A stretch of DNA of 64,000 nt, from contig NC_068992.1 of the NCBI RefSeq assembly GCF_001194135.2, positions 60,660,082 to 60,724,081 of the forward strand, written 5' to 3'. Each line of letters begins with the position of its first letter. The stretch's first letter is position 1. Under the pieces are notes generated by a model, which did not search any database, was not told where the DNA came from, and saw only the letters and a program-made list of their open reading frames with translations. The translations under genes and the position numbers were made by a program. Source of the stretch: Octopus bimaculoides. Lineage: Eukaryota. Positions 53,370 to 64,000 of this stretch are shown piece by piece.

Positions 53370-54810
53370 AATCCAGCTATAATTACCTGGGAATACTTGA
53401 GGCAGATGGAATCAAACACCACGATATGAAGGAAAAGACAAAAAGAGAGCACCGACGGCGAGTGAGAAGAATATTGGTTCCAAAGCTGAATGTTAGAAAC
53501 ATAATTTCAGCAATAAACTCGCGGTGCAGTCGCAGTAGTTCGGTATGGCGCTGGAATCCTGAAGTGGACAGAGGAGGAGCTAAAGGAGATGGACAGAAAG
53601 TCAAAAAGGTGCCTAACGATGCATGGAACCCACCATCCACGTGCAGAAACTGATCGTCTATACATGAAGAGAGGAAATGGAGGAAGGAGACAAATAAGTG
53701 TGGAAGACTGCGTGCTTATCGAACTCGAGATCTTAATGAGATACCTAGCCCAAAGAAAGGAAACCTTGCTAATAACAGTTAGGAACGAGGGGGTATTGAG
53801 AGCAGAGAAAAAAGGGACAACAAATGAAGAAATACGAAAAGGACATGAAGAAGTACGAAAAGGACATGAAGAAGTACGAAAAGGACATGAAGAAGTACGA
53901 AAAGGACATGAAGAAGTACGAAAAGGACATGAAGAAGTACGAAAAGGACATGAAGAAGAATTACGCAACAAGTGACTACACAATCAATTCCATGTAGCCA
54001 TAACAGGAGTTGCTGGAAAAATAGGTGGGATTGGCTGATGAAAGGAACCCTAAAAAAAGAGACCGAGAACACTATGCTGGCAGCGCAAGACCAAACTTTG
54101 GCCACGAACTGGAGGGTCAACCTTAGGAATGAACAAGTGTTTCCGCTGTGCCGAATCTGCGATACAATGGCTGAAACCACTGCCCATAATACGAACGAAT
54201 ACCTTATACTTGCCCAAAACCACAAGCTGTGGCGATCGACCAGGTAGCGAAAGTGCTGCATTGGAAACTGTGCGAAAAGTGGGGGCTAGAGAGAAGCAAG
54301 ACATCGTATGAGCACAAAGCGCAGAGAGTGGCGGAGTAGGAGACTAGCAAAATCCTCTGGGATTTCCCAATCCGAACAGATCAGGTACTAGAACATAACA
54401 GACCGAATCTAGTGGTGGTGAACAAGGTGCACTACATATGCTATATAGTTGATGTTGCATGCTCCTTTGACCCACGAATATTCAAGAAGGAAGGCGAAAA
54501 GATAGATACATACAACCCTCTTAAGTATGAAATAGACCGGCTATGGAAAATGAAGCAGATGAAGACAGATGAACTACTGTTGGGTCCTTGGGGACAGTAT
54601 CAGAAAGCATCAAGAGGAATATAAAGGAAATTGTAATAAAGGCCTAGTAGAACTGTTACAAAACTTTTGCCTCCATGGCATGGCCAGAATAATCGGAAAG
54701 TGTTAGACAGCTGAAAAAAGCGAATAACATGGTAGTGTATGCTGCAGGTAGTAAGGCCGCTACGCAAACAAGACCCCAGGATCTCCAACAAAACCTGTGA
54801 TAAAGAGAAA
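53370..54810 (+). mobile_element. 5'-truncated R4/Dong-like non-LTR retrotransposon (RT C-terminus, CCHC knuckle, RLE), pseudogenised
   Basis: YNYLGILEADGIKH..., DRLYMKRGNGGR, AAQDQTLATN, CRICDTMAETTAH, KILWDFPIRTDQVLEHNRPNL...IVDVACSFD...KIDTYNPLKYEI. Several frameshifts and stops. Ends in an (AAT)n tail. Confidence 0.92.
53835..53958 (+). repeat. 21-bp minisatellite, 5 perfect units plus one 19-bp unit
   Basis: Unit cgaaaaggacatgaagaagta at 53835, 53856, 53877, 53898 and 53919, partial at 53940. Confidence 0.97.
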
Positions 54811-54839
54811 TAATAATAATGATAATTTCTGATTTACTT

Positions 54840-55022
54840 ATAAGGCAAGCAATTTTATAACGAGTGTTAGTCGATTTGATAGCCACTAGTACTTCATTTT
54901 ATTGATTCCGAGGAACGAAAGGCAATTATCACATCGGCAAGATCTAAACTAAGAGCTGGAACAAATAACTAGCGCAAAGCATCATATTCTCCGCTCTAAT
55001 GACGCTACCGATCCATCGCTCT
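54840..55022 (-). mobile_element. Decayed octopus-type SINE
   Basis: gtacttcattttattgattccgaggaacgaaaggcaattatcacatcggcaagatctaaact. Confidence 0.6.
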
Positions 55023-55089
55023 TAAACAATTAATACAATATCAATGGATTTGGATTCTGTCAGCAATACAAGTGATAATGCATGGTGTG

Positions 55090-55330
55090 CATTTTCAAGA
55101 AATTTAATGAAATTAATTTGCAGCTCCAAGGAGCCAATACAACACATACGAGTCGCAAAGACATCTCGTTATTCTTCGAGAAAGGATGTTTTTATTTTCC
55201 ATTAGTTTGCAGTATTACCATCAATTAAAAGAATGGTGTAACTCCTGATGAGGGTGAAAGGTCCAGTAATCACTTCATCAATTTGAATTAAACATGGAAA
55301 AACGATTTAGTAATATTTTGAATTGAAAAG
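55090..55330 (+). mobile_element. hAT (Buster/Charlie, ZBED5/SCAND3-like) transposase fragment
   Basis: KFNEINLQLQGANT...IS.F.EK and later HFINLN*NMEKRFSNIL, matching the Buster-type LNLQLQG and L...M..RF.DIL motifs. Confidence 0.7.
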
Positions 55331-57441
55331 GATATGACTGGGTATTAAAACTTCTTATTTCAAATGCTAACAATTTTATTGTTATTTGACGTTAAACATG
55401 AAGAAAGCAAATCTAATCTCAACAGTGGCGATTAGTAAAATTTATGAAGAAGTTATACAAACCTCTGCTTCATATCCAACTATGTAAAAGTATCTAGCTT
55501 ACTGCTACTTTTACCTACTTCATTATTTGTGGATTCAGGTTGAAGTATTGAAGTTCATAATGATTGTAAACACAGAAATTGACCGAAAAACAGTGAAAAT
55601 GAAAGCAGATAAGGAATCGCTATTTTCTTAGCATCAGGTCCTAAGATTATATTAGATAAAAGATAATTTCAGTTCATCTTCTTGATTTATGCAGGGAATT
55701 TGAAGTAATTTCAATATTTTTTTAATTCTTGTTGCGTATGTAGCTTATTTTCTCAGTTGAAATATAAGTGAGCGGTACTAAAATTTTACCACCAGGCAAG
55801 TTAAACAGCTGGGCGTTTTGTATTGAGATTGACAAGCACTGATGTACATTTTCACTTGCCACTCGTGTCAATTATGTTTTTGTTCTTTTTTGTATTTGTT
55901 GAATGAGATTTGTCCTAATCATCTGAGGTTTGGAGTAACAGTTCTCATGTGTCTCTGTGGAACAACCGCATCAGCAGTGAACAAGGTATGAGAACCATCG
56001 TACATGAAATATAAATAATGAAATAGAGCTTAGTAGAGAATTGGCAACTAATCAGAGTTGATTTGTTTTACTTGGACTCGAAATAAAACCCTGGTTCTTT
56101 GATGTAGTATTGTCTCTGCTATAAATATAATGCCGACATGTGAGATGATCAGAGATTACAGCATTCAGCATTGACTTTTGAAAGATTTGAGCTTGTTTTG
56201 TAAAAACTAAGGTGATGTAGGGGAAGGCAAATGCCTTGACTTCGTTGCAAATACATTGACTTTACATTTGTTTTCATTCATATTTCCATTGGATTACTTG
56301 TTATCAATGCAAACTCACAACAAATTCATCGGAATCTGGATTTTAACTGTTTTCTTTATATTTGCAATAATTCCTGACTATTGGTAGTACTTAACGAAAC
56401 CAGTGATGGTGATCTCAATTGAAATAAAGGAGTACATATCTGGTGTCGGGTACCTCAGTTCATACTTTATTGATGATACCTATATACCTGAGCGTTTCGT
56501 TAAAGGCAACTGAATATCTATTATGAATATATATCAGAGTAAAAATAATGTGGCTTGGGAAAGAGTCAAGTGATTGAGAAATCTGAAAACTAGGAAACTT
56601 ATTTAGAAGAAATTTCACTCCCAGCATGATCAAAAGTTTTTCCCAAAAGTTTGGCAAGTGAAAAGCAAGCTCAAATGCTAATCGGCTTTGGTTATGATCT
56701 CTGTATTTCGCCAAGAATCCTATTTTTAATAGAAATGATATACATTAAAATAGATAAATGCCAGTCAAATACTGGCGTTGATTAATTCGATGTTTCCCTA
56801 ACCCTCGAAATATAGCCTCATGCCCGAGTGTGATACTGCGATTTATCGTTTGGGTACCGTTAAAAGGAATAACAAAGAAGTGTATGCAGTCTCATTTATC
56901 ACTGATTCATTAATCAATGATCCGGGATCACATGATACACTTAGTTGTGAACTATGCAACGCTTATCAGAAATTGATCTGTCATAATACGAATCGGTCTT
57001 CAGCCGATGATTCGTCTTGTACCGCAAAAACGCCACCCAGCAACCAACCACAATGTTCAGCTTTTCAGAAAGCACTAGCAATTGTTTCTGTTCACATGAC
57101 CGGACCGCAAGACCACGTATTTTTGCTATACAGATGTACGTAGTCGTAGCCATCAACATGGAACCACTGAACTCGCAGCCACAAACATGGGAACAGAAAA
57201 CAACTAGGTAGGCGCTTAACAAACGACGCAGTTGGGTATGTTTTCTACCGTAAAAGGTAGAGATGATCAGGAAACTACATGATGATGGAAGCTTCGCTAC
57301 TGTGGCGTCCGAGTTTGTTGTGAGGGGATCTATCATTCATTCCATTTACAAATTACGTGAAAAGGATTCATTTATCGATGATTTCTTTATCACTGTGTAT
57401 TTTTAAACCTAAATCCCCGAGACAAACGATAATAGATGTAC

Positions 57442-57569
57442 CGGAATGCTTTAACGAAGTGATCCCGGTCTCTACGACATCATTAAAAATCCATATTTTA
57501 TAGTCGTCGTAAACTGTTTGATTTATACAATTAATCCAAAGTTGTACGTCCTGGAATTCAAACGGTTTA
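57442..57569 (-). CDS. Candidate exon, product unknown
   Basis: Acceptor cgttattttatag. Only phase 2 is open: KPFEFQDVQLWINCINQTVYDDYKIWIFNDVVETGITSLKHS. Donor either gtacat (exon end 57442) or AG|gtttaa (exon end 57409). Confidence 0.3.
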
Positions 57570-60257
57570 CTATAAAATAACGATTTGACCAGGAAACAAT
57601 TTATATTCAATAAAAGTATTGTTAAATAGTGTGAATAGCAATGATAATTAACGAGATAAAAGATTAAAAGTAGACATTGCAAGATGAGAAATACTTGATG
57701 CGTTCATGTCCTTTCCATTAATAGTAAAACTATTATACGCCTCATCGTTTAGTTTACACTTTCTCTTCCCCCAAGGATACGAGAATAATTCAGTATAACA
57801 GTTTGTTAAGTGGCCTTAAATAATACACATCCTGATAGAATGAAAATACATTAATCTGAGTAGTCAAATAACACGAATAGGATTTCACATTTGATTGAGC
57901 TTCAGACAAACATTTTTTTTTTTTTTACATGATGAGTGATCGAGTTATTCATTTTGTAATGGAGGCAATTATTAAATAGATTTATATAACTGTAGACATA
58001 TCTTTCTACTTTTGTTTTTATACGGCAGTTAATTTCATTTCAGTTTGTTCGTTACAAGTGAATATCACTCCCTCGTTTGTGGGTGACTTTAGTGCTATGG
58101 TAAGACACTTAACACGCTGCCCGATTTTTTCCCACCACCTCATTGAAGAAAGTAAAAATTGCTAACCCTTACACGGTTGTTCGACCTTCAAGAATTAGCA
58201 GCTAAATTTCCCTGGATACTCATCCTGTTATGTTGGAAGTTTGAACACATTAGATAACGTAGTCCATAACACGCTGTCTCCATGGCTGACACGCCTTCGA
58301 TAATAGATATGACCTTCCAAAGCTCAGTTGAGATTAACCAAGAACACAGAGTATATGGTTGTATTTAACAATTTAATTCTGTTGTAAATATTCGAACCAA
58401 ACCTCAAATTTCCATTTCAATCAGGTACTTTCCTACAGATGTTCAGATATACATCCTTTCTATCTATTTCACTGTTTTTTCTTAACTCTAATCCAACGAC
58501 CAAAACCAGTTTTCTTCTTACACCCTGACGAATGCTAAATCCTCACACGTTGGATTTCACACAACTCTTCATAAATGAATTTAGAAAACTCACGAATAAA
58601 TTTCACTCTTTTGGTGTGCAAGTCCCTGATAGGACCTCCAATACAAAGGAAGCCAAAGGGAGAAGTCAAATCAATACACACCACCTCTTCTCAGAGGCAG
58701 AAATGATTTTGCGTAGGAAACAAGACCTGGAAGACGAAGGATTTGCTTCAGAGAACGTTTGACGCGGTGTAACAAAATCTGATAGGAAACCAACGTCCCG
58801 CATTAAGCGTCAAGCCCTGCCCTGGAAATTACAGGGGAGGGGGAAGAGGTGACGTCCTAAAAATAGCTGGAGGCAGGATACTGAGGTGGGGTTCAAAAAG
58901 TATGGATACAACTGGAGAGAAACAGAAAATACAGCCTATATTCGAGAGACAAATCGTCGATGACGTATGCTCAATAGGAAGTGAAGGGTTTTCGTGAGAA
59001 CATTTGTCACGAACATTGCCTTACTTCGTTCTTTGATTAGCGTTGAAAAATATTTCTCTCTTAACATTCTACATTATCTCACTCCCGCAATACTTTCTTA
59101 TTATCCTTTCACAAAAGCTGTAAATGTATTTTTCTGAAAGGTCATTGTGAAAACTCGCATCATATGCCCAGCCAACTCGTTTGAATCTATATAAGAGTAA
59201 AAAACAAAGTATCATTTGAACAATCAGTAATTTAGTTGCTAATGGTAGAGTGTGCAAAATAAAGGTCACTGACGTGAAGTATGTTGAAGTCGGTCAGTAT
59301 TAAAATAAACTTTTGGTAGAGAAGTGTTTATTTTCCTGCCGTGTAATTTCTTCTTAGTTCAGAAACAACACGCTAACATGGACACAATTTAATGATATTT
59401 ATTGTTGTGTACGGTATTTGAATCTTTTCATTTTCATAAAAGAAAAAAACGTATGCTTGTTTGTATCGATAGAACGTCGAACAATATACCGTGTGATTAT
59501 TTACCTTCATCCTTCACGTTCTCAATTCAAATGCTACCGAAATGACTAATGTTTTTTTCATTAACGGTAGAGGGGTAGGTGAAATAATATCGGACAAGTA
59601 GTAAGGATTGATTTATTTGACTCTATTATAATTGTGGCGTTTTATATGAGGAACTATTCTAAATTTTCTTCCATTTTTTTAAATGAAAGTTGTTAATCTG
59701 AATTCACAGTTTCTTGATCAGAAGTGATGTGAATTTGGAAGACAGAATTATTATAGTTCCAATTATAAAAACAAAAATTAAAGGAATGGGAAATCGTTTA
59801 CAATTATTGATTCTGTTGTGTCGACGCCCCCAAGCGAAGAAGGACGGCCCAAGACATATAAACAGAGGTAGTCTAGCTGTGGTAGAAGAGTTGGTACAGC
59901 TGTTGAGTAGCAGTCGGTTAACGGTTGAGTAGAGATCATCCGAAGGTGCTAGATAGCAGTAGCTTGAGACATAACAAATTCTAATGCGAAAAACGTAAAT
60001 TTAATTATAAAAAGAAGGGGGAAAACTGTCCATACAAAACAATGGTAACACCGAAGAATCAAAGAAGTTAACTGTAAGACATTGGCCTACATTATCTTAA
60101 CCGTCCATTGCTGAAAGAGGTTTTGTTTGGAACGGTCAGAGCCTACCTTGGCAGTTCCATTTTGGAAAAATTGACCAAAGAGTTTAACATTCAGATTCCT
60201 TTAGGAGTGTTTCAGTATAGTTATTGTTGCTATTCTCATGGTTGTTGTTGTTACTGT

Positions 60258-60269
60258 CGACGATGATGA

Positions 60270-60308
<39 letters not shown>

Positions 60309-60515
60309 TGGTGGTGGTAGTGGTGGTGATGGTGGTGGTGATGAGGAGGAGGACGAGGACGATGAGGAGGACGAGGAGGACGAAGAGGAGGACGAGGAGG
60401 AGGACGAAGAGGAGGACGAGGAGGACGACGAGGAGGACGACGAGGAGGACGACGAGGAGGACGACGAGAACGAGGAGAACGAGGACGAGGAGGAGGACGA
60501 GGAGGAGGAGGAGGT
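60258..60515. repeat. Compound trinucleotide repeat (GAT)n-(GGT)n-(GAG/GAC)n
   Basis: Direct reading. Confidence 0.95.
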
Positions 60516-60768
60516 TCGTGTTCTCGTTGTTTGTTGCTAATGTTTAATGTTTATTTTCGGGCAAGCCTCAACGTGCAGACCCATGGTCAGAGACATTCTA
60601 AACACGAACAAGTAGCTTACCGAAATGTCTCCTTCGTTATATTAATACGATGGAATGCTATTTGCGGGACTATTGCGGCTATTTCTAGCAAGTATTCTCA
60701 CTATGCGTTGTCCAATTTTGTTGATTTGTCAGATAGAAATAACAGCGCCTAACACATGACTATAACAC

Positions 60769-60868
60769 CCAGCCAAATTAAGAGCCTTGATGTGACCTCT
60801 CTGGCAACTAGATTTAGTAGGCAAATTCCCAAAATCACACTGAGCTCCTTTATATACGGACATGACAT
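60769..60868 (-). CDS. Candidate first coding exon with signal-peptide-like N-terminus
   Basis: Acceptor ttttattattatag immediately before ATG. Reads MSCPYIKELSVILGICLLNLVAREVTSRLLIWL, with only weak donors (gtcaca, gtgtta). A second frame is also open, so this is ambiguous. Confidence 0.25.
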
Positions 60869-61302
60869 CTATAATAATAAAAGTTAAATTCTGTCTGTCA
60901 CTGTACCTCAGTCTACATTTGCTCAACATATATATGTTATACATTTTTGAACGAGGATGATCCTAGGATTGAAAATTTACCTTTCATTTGGCTCTTGAAC
61001 ATTCGGCATTAGGAGTGCGGCTTTTAAGCTAGTATTAGACGACGTATGTCGGTGTGAAGATATAGATAACTCTGTCACTATTTTACTGGTTTCATTCGTT
61101 AAATTGTTGCAAAGCTGGATGCGTTACAAGTTGATCATATTGATTCCAGTATTTATTTCTGTCTGTTACTTATTCGATAGACGCATATTCATCCAATCGT
61201 TAGGTTCTGTGTGATGATTTTACACATCATTTGGCTGTTTTACACCGGTAACCATGATCACAGGCATAGATACACAGATACACAAATATTCATACATTCG
61301 TG

Positions 61303-61356
<54 letters not shown>

Positions 61357-62193
61357 GAGAGAGAGAGATAGATAGATAGCAAGATAGACACGTATGTACG
61401 CACACGCATACATATATATATACATACATATGCACATACATATGCATACACGACAGGTTTCTGCGCAGTTGTCTCGCGCCACGTGACAAGACAATAAAAC
61501 ACATTGCGCAATTCACGTAAGTGAAATAAATTTAATGTATTATTCAGGAATCATGTAAAAATCTACTCGTTCCTCAATTCATGTGGCTGCATGACCATAA
61601 AATGCTTCAACACAAAAGTAACGGAACTAAAGGCAGCTCTAATCGTCAAAACACTAAGTTATGTTTCTTGAATAATGTGAGAGCAACTGCATCTGATAAG
61701 AGGCTAATCTAACTGAAACTAAACTGAAACTAAACTGCATTACTATGAAAGTACTTTTAAGACACAGTTTCCCCAGCATATGACCTTATACAAATACCAT
61801 CTCATCGTAAAAACCTCTTCGATCTCGGAGTGTATTTGACGAAAGTGTACTGGCCTTGTAAGGCCCATATCGGACAGTGGTATGTCTTATAGAAATATAT
61901 CAAAGCGATAAAGTTCATGTTTGACAAAGAAATATATCATAAACTACCCTAACACATAATGAACAGAAAGACAGATCTAATGTCAAATACTAGGCGCAAA
62001 ATTATTGTTATCTCGAAGGAAGCACACAAAGCACTGATGACATCATATACATGATGATATTATATGTATTACGTGACATGCCAGAATGCTATTTTGTCAT
62101 CGGCAACGACCATAAATGTCTCCTGACGATCGCAGTCACTGAATTACTGAATTACACTAGAGTGTAACTATTAGTAAGAACCATTAGTATCGG

Positions 62194-62235
<42 letters not shown>

Positions 62236-62556
62236 NNNNNNNNNNNNNNNNNNNNNNNNNNNNNNNNNNNNNNNNNNNNNNNNNNNNNNNNNNNNNNNNN
62301 NNNNNNNNNNNNNNNNNNNNNNNNNNNNNNNNNNNNNNNNNNNNNNNNNNNNNNNNNNNNNNNNNNNNNNNNNNNNNNNNNNNNNNNNNNNNNNNNNNNN
62401 NNNNNNNNNNNNNNNNNNNNNNNNNNNNNNNNNNNNNNNNNNNNNNNNNNNNNNNNNNNNNNNNNNNNNNNNNNNNNNNNNNNNNNNNNNNNNNNNNNNN
62501 NNNNNNNNNNNNNNNNNNNNNNNNNNNNNNNNNNNNNNNNNNNNNNNNNNNNNNNN

Positions 62557-62652
<96 letters not shown>

Positions 62653-63054
62653 CGTATGTATATATGTATATATATACATACATATGTATATACATATACA
62701 TATATATGTACATATATACATATATACATATACATATATATACATATATATATATATACATATGGATATTTATATCATTCGCCATGATAGATCGCTAACC
62801 ACTACAATTTTTTTTCTCTGCTTGTTTCTCTCCTTGTTTCTTTCTGTGTTCCTTTCTGTAGAAGAGCGTAGGCTGGAAATATTAAAGACTTTTTCAACTC
62901 CCGAGCGTCATACTAATACATCTATATATTTTCTACACCACCTGTCTTCGTCTTTTGTCTTTTTGTGAATTCTCCCTATATATACATATATATATATATA
63001 TATGTATGTATATGTATATATGCACACACACACGCAAACACACACACACACACA

Positions 63055-63090
<36 letters not shown>

Positions 63091-63093
<3 letters not shown>

Positions 63094-63770
63094 CTAGTCC
63101 CCCTTGTAGTTCACACATCTCTTTCATCGGTGGTACAATGCTTGGTTCCCATTGGTAAAGAAGCTTTCATTCTGTCGGTTAAAAAAGCCATCAACAGCAG
63201 ATATGCGATACTGGTTCCTTGCCAAGTGTTTTTCATGTTGGGGAGCAGATGATTGTCAGGTGGGGCCACGTCTGGTGTAAAGGGAAGTTGATCAACCTGT
63301 TCAAATCCACAATCACGCACACCAGACATTGAAACCTAAGACGTGAGCTGGAGCAACGTCCTTGTTTTCCTGAGCGTTTAGACTTGACAGCCTTTCATAA
63401 TTGTCTCAGCAAGTTGCCATAGTATTTTCCATTGACAGTGTGGCTTTTTTGAAGATAGTGAATAAACCCGATGTCTTTTGCAGGCCAAAAAACTGAGGCC
63501 ATCACCTACACTGCGGATGAAACGACTTTGGCCTTCTTTGGAGCAGGTGAGAAAGAATGATTCCACTGCATGGATTGTCTCCTAGTATCTGGCTCAAACT
63601 GATGAAGACAAAATTCATTCTGGCTTAAGAAACATTCAAGGAAACCAGCTGGATCTGCTTCAAACAATGTCAGATTTTCCCGTGGTGTAATCAGCCTGGT
63701 TCGCTTTTGATCGAATGTCAGAAGATGTGGTACCGACCGAACAGAAACATTTATCATGCCAAGTTCCTTG
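63091..63770 (-). mobile_element. Mariner (irritans-like) transposase, 3' two-thirds, pseudogenised
   Basis: VSVRSVPHLLTFDQKRTRL (WVPR-type motif), FEPDTRRQSMQW...PAPKKAKVVSSA, VRDCGFEQVDQLPFTPDVAPPDNHLLPNMK (YSPDLAPSD motif), ending CVNYKG. Frameshifts present. Confidence 0.92.
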
Positions 63771-63950
63771 AACGGAATATTTTCAAGTCACCAAAGGGAT
63801 ATGCTAATAGCATTAGTTATTTGATTTATAGTCAATTGTCTGTCAGCCATCACAATATGGTGAACACAATGCTTTTCTCGGCGGCGAATGTCCCCGACAT
63901 CCAAGTTAGCATGAATTTCCTTGAGGGCAAAAACCATTCTTCTGCAGGTA

Positions 63951-63996
63951 CTTATCACTTACTGTATTCCTGGAACGGAATACAGTAAGTGATAAG
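63951..63996. repeat. Perfect 20-bp inverted repeat with 6-nt spacer
   Basis: cttatcacttactgtattcc-tggaac-ggaatacagtaagtgataag. The arms are exact reverse complements. Confidence 0.97.
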
Positions 63997-64000
63997 AGGA

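Larger units (their letters stand above)
16170..60700. repeat. Dispersed short repeat family with core atttggctgctatttctag, about 8 decayed copies within this span
   Basis: Variants at about 16185, 20697, 23595 (reverse), 27610, 38990, 50825, 58192 (reverse) and 60680. Family unnamed. Confidence 0.55.

Noticed and set aside
57409-57569. Resemblance of DDYKIW...GITSL to nicotinic or chemotactile receptor loop sequence (W.DYKL.W...GI.S)
   Set aside because: The invariant W.PD motif is absent and the spacing is off. Treated as coincidence, with the exon kept only as unknown.
59815-60089. Possible solo LTR (TG...CA ends, TATA-like catataaa)
   Set aside because: No matching target-site duplication (gattc versus ttatc) and no second copy.
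60238-60540. Asp/Gly/Glu-rich 100-aa ORF resembling an acidic protein tract
   Set aside because: Pure compound trinucleotide microsatellite, open in several frames, with no flanking coding context.
61777-61879. Plus-strand exon-like segment (tttccccag ... TG|gtatgt; YDLIQIPSHRKNLFDLGVYLTKVYWPCKAHIGQ)
   Set aside because: Good signals but isolated and unrecognised, so it cannot be distinguished from chance without RNA data.

Overview
AT-rich animal genomic DNA from a gapped short-read scaffold. There are about 13 N-runs, nearly all bounded by (TA)n, (CA)n or (CT)n. The SINE families and microsatellite density look like Octopus, which is an inference from recognised repeats. The window is mostly intronic or intergenic and dominated by repeats. 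These include more than 20 SINE copies, decayed mariner, Tc1 and hAT transposons, R4/Dong-like non-LTR retrotransposon pieces with a restriction-like endonuclease (RLE), Penelope-like fragments, and many microsatellites. One Penelope-like fragment carries a mutated hammerhead ribozyme. I could not identify any host gene. A few spliced-exon candidates exist, the best being on the minus strand at 24635-24783. Almost all long ORFs in the supplied track are artefacts of N-gaps or microsatellites. I did not find a convincing undescribed multi-gene system. The best leads are: (1) the dimer-type hammerhead at 37917-37960; (2) a 138-bp element with inverted ends that holds an exact 63-bp copy of DNA 632 bp upstream; (3) closely spaced inverted SINE pairs that could form dsRNA; (4) an unclassified pair of homologous segments at 36.3 kb and 56.9 kb; (5) a perfect in-frame 21-bp minisatellite inside a dead retrotransposon. 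Repeat boundaries are approximate unless stated as exact.
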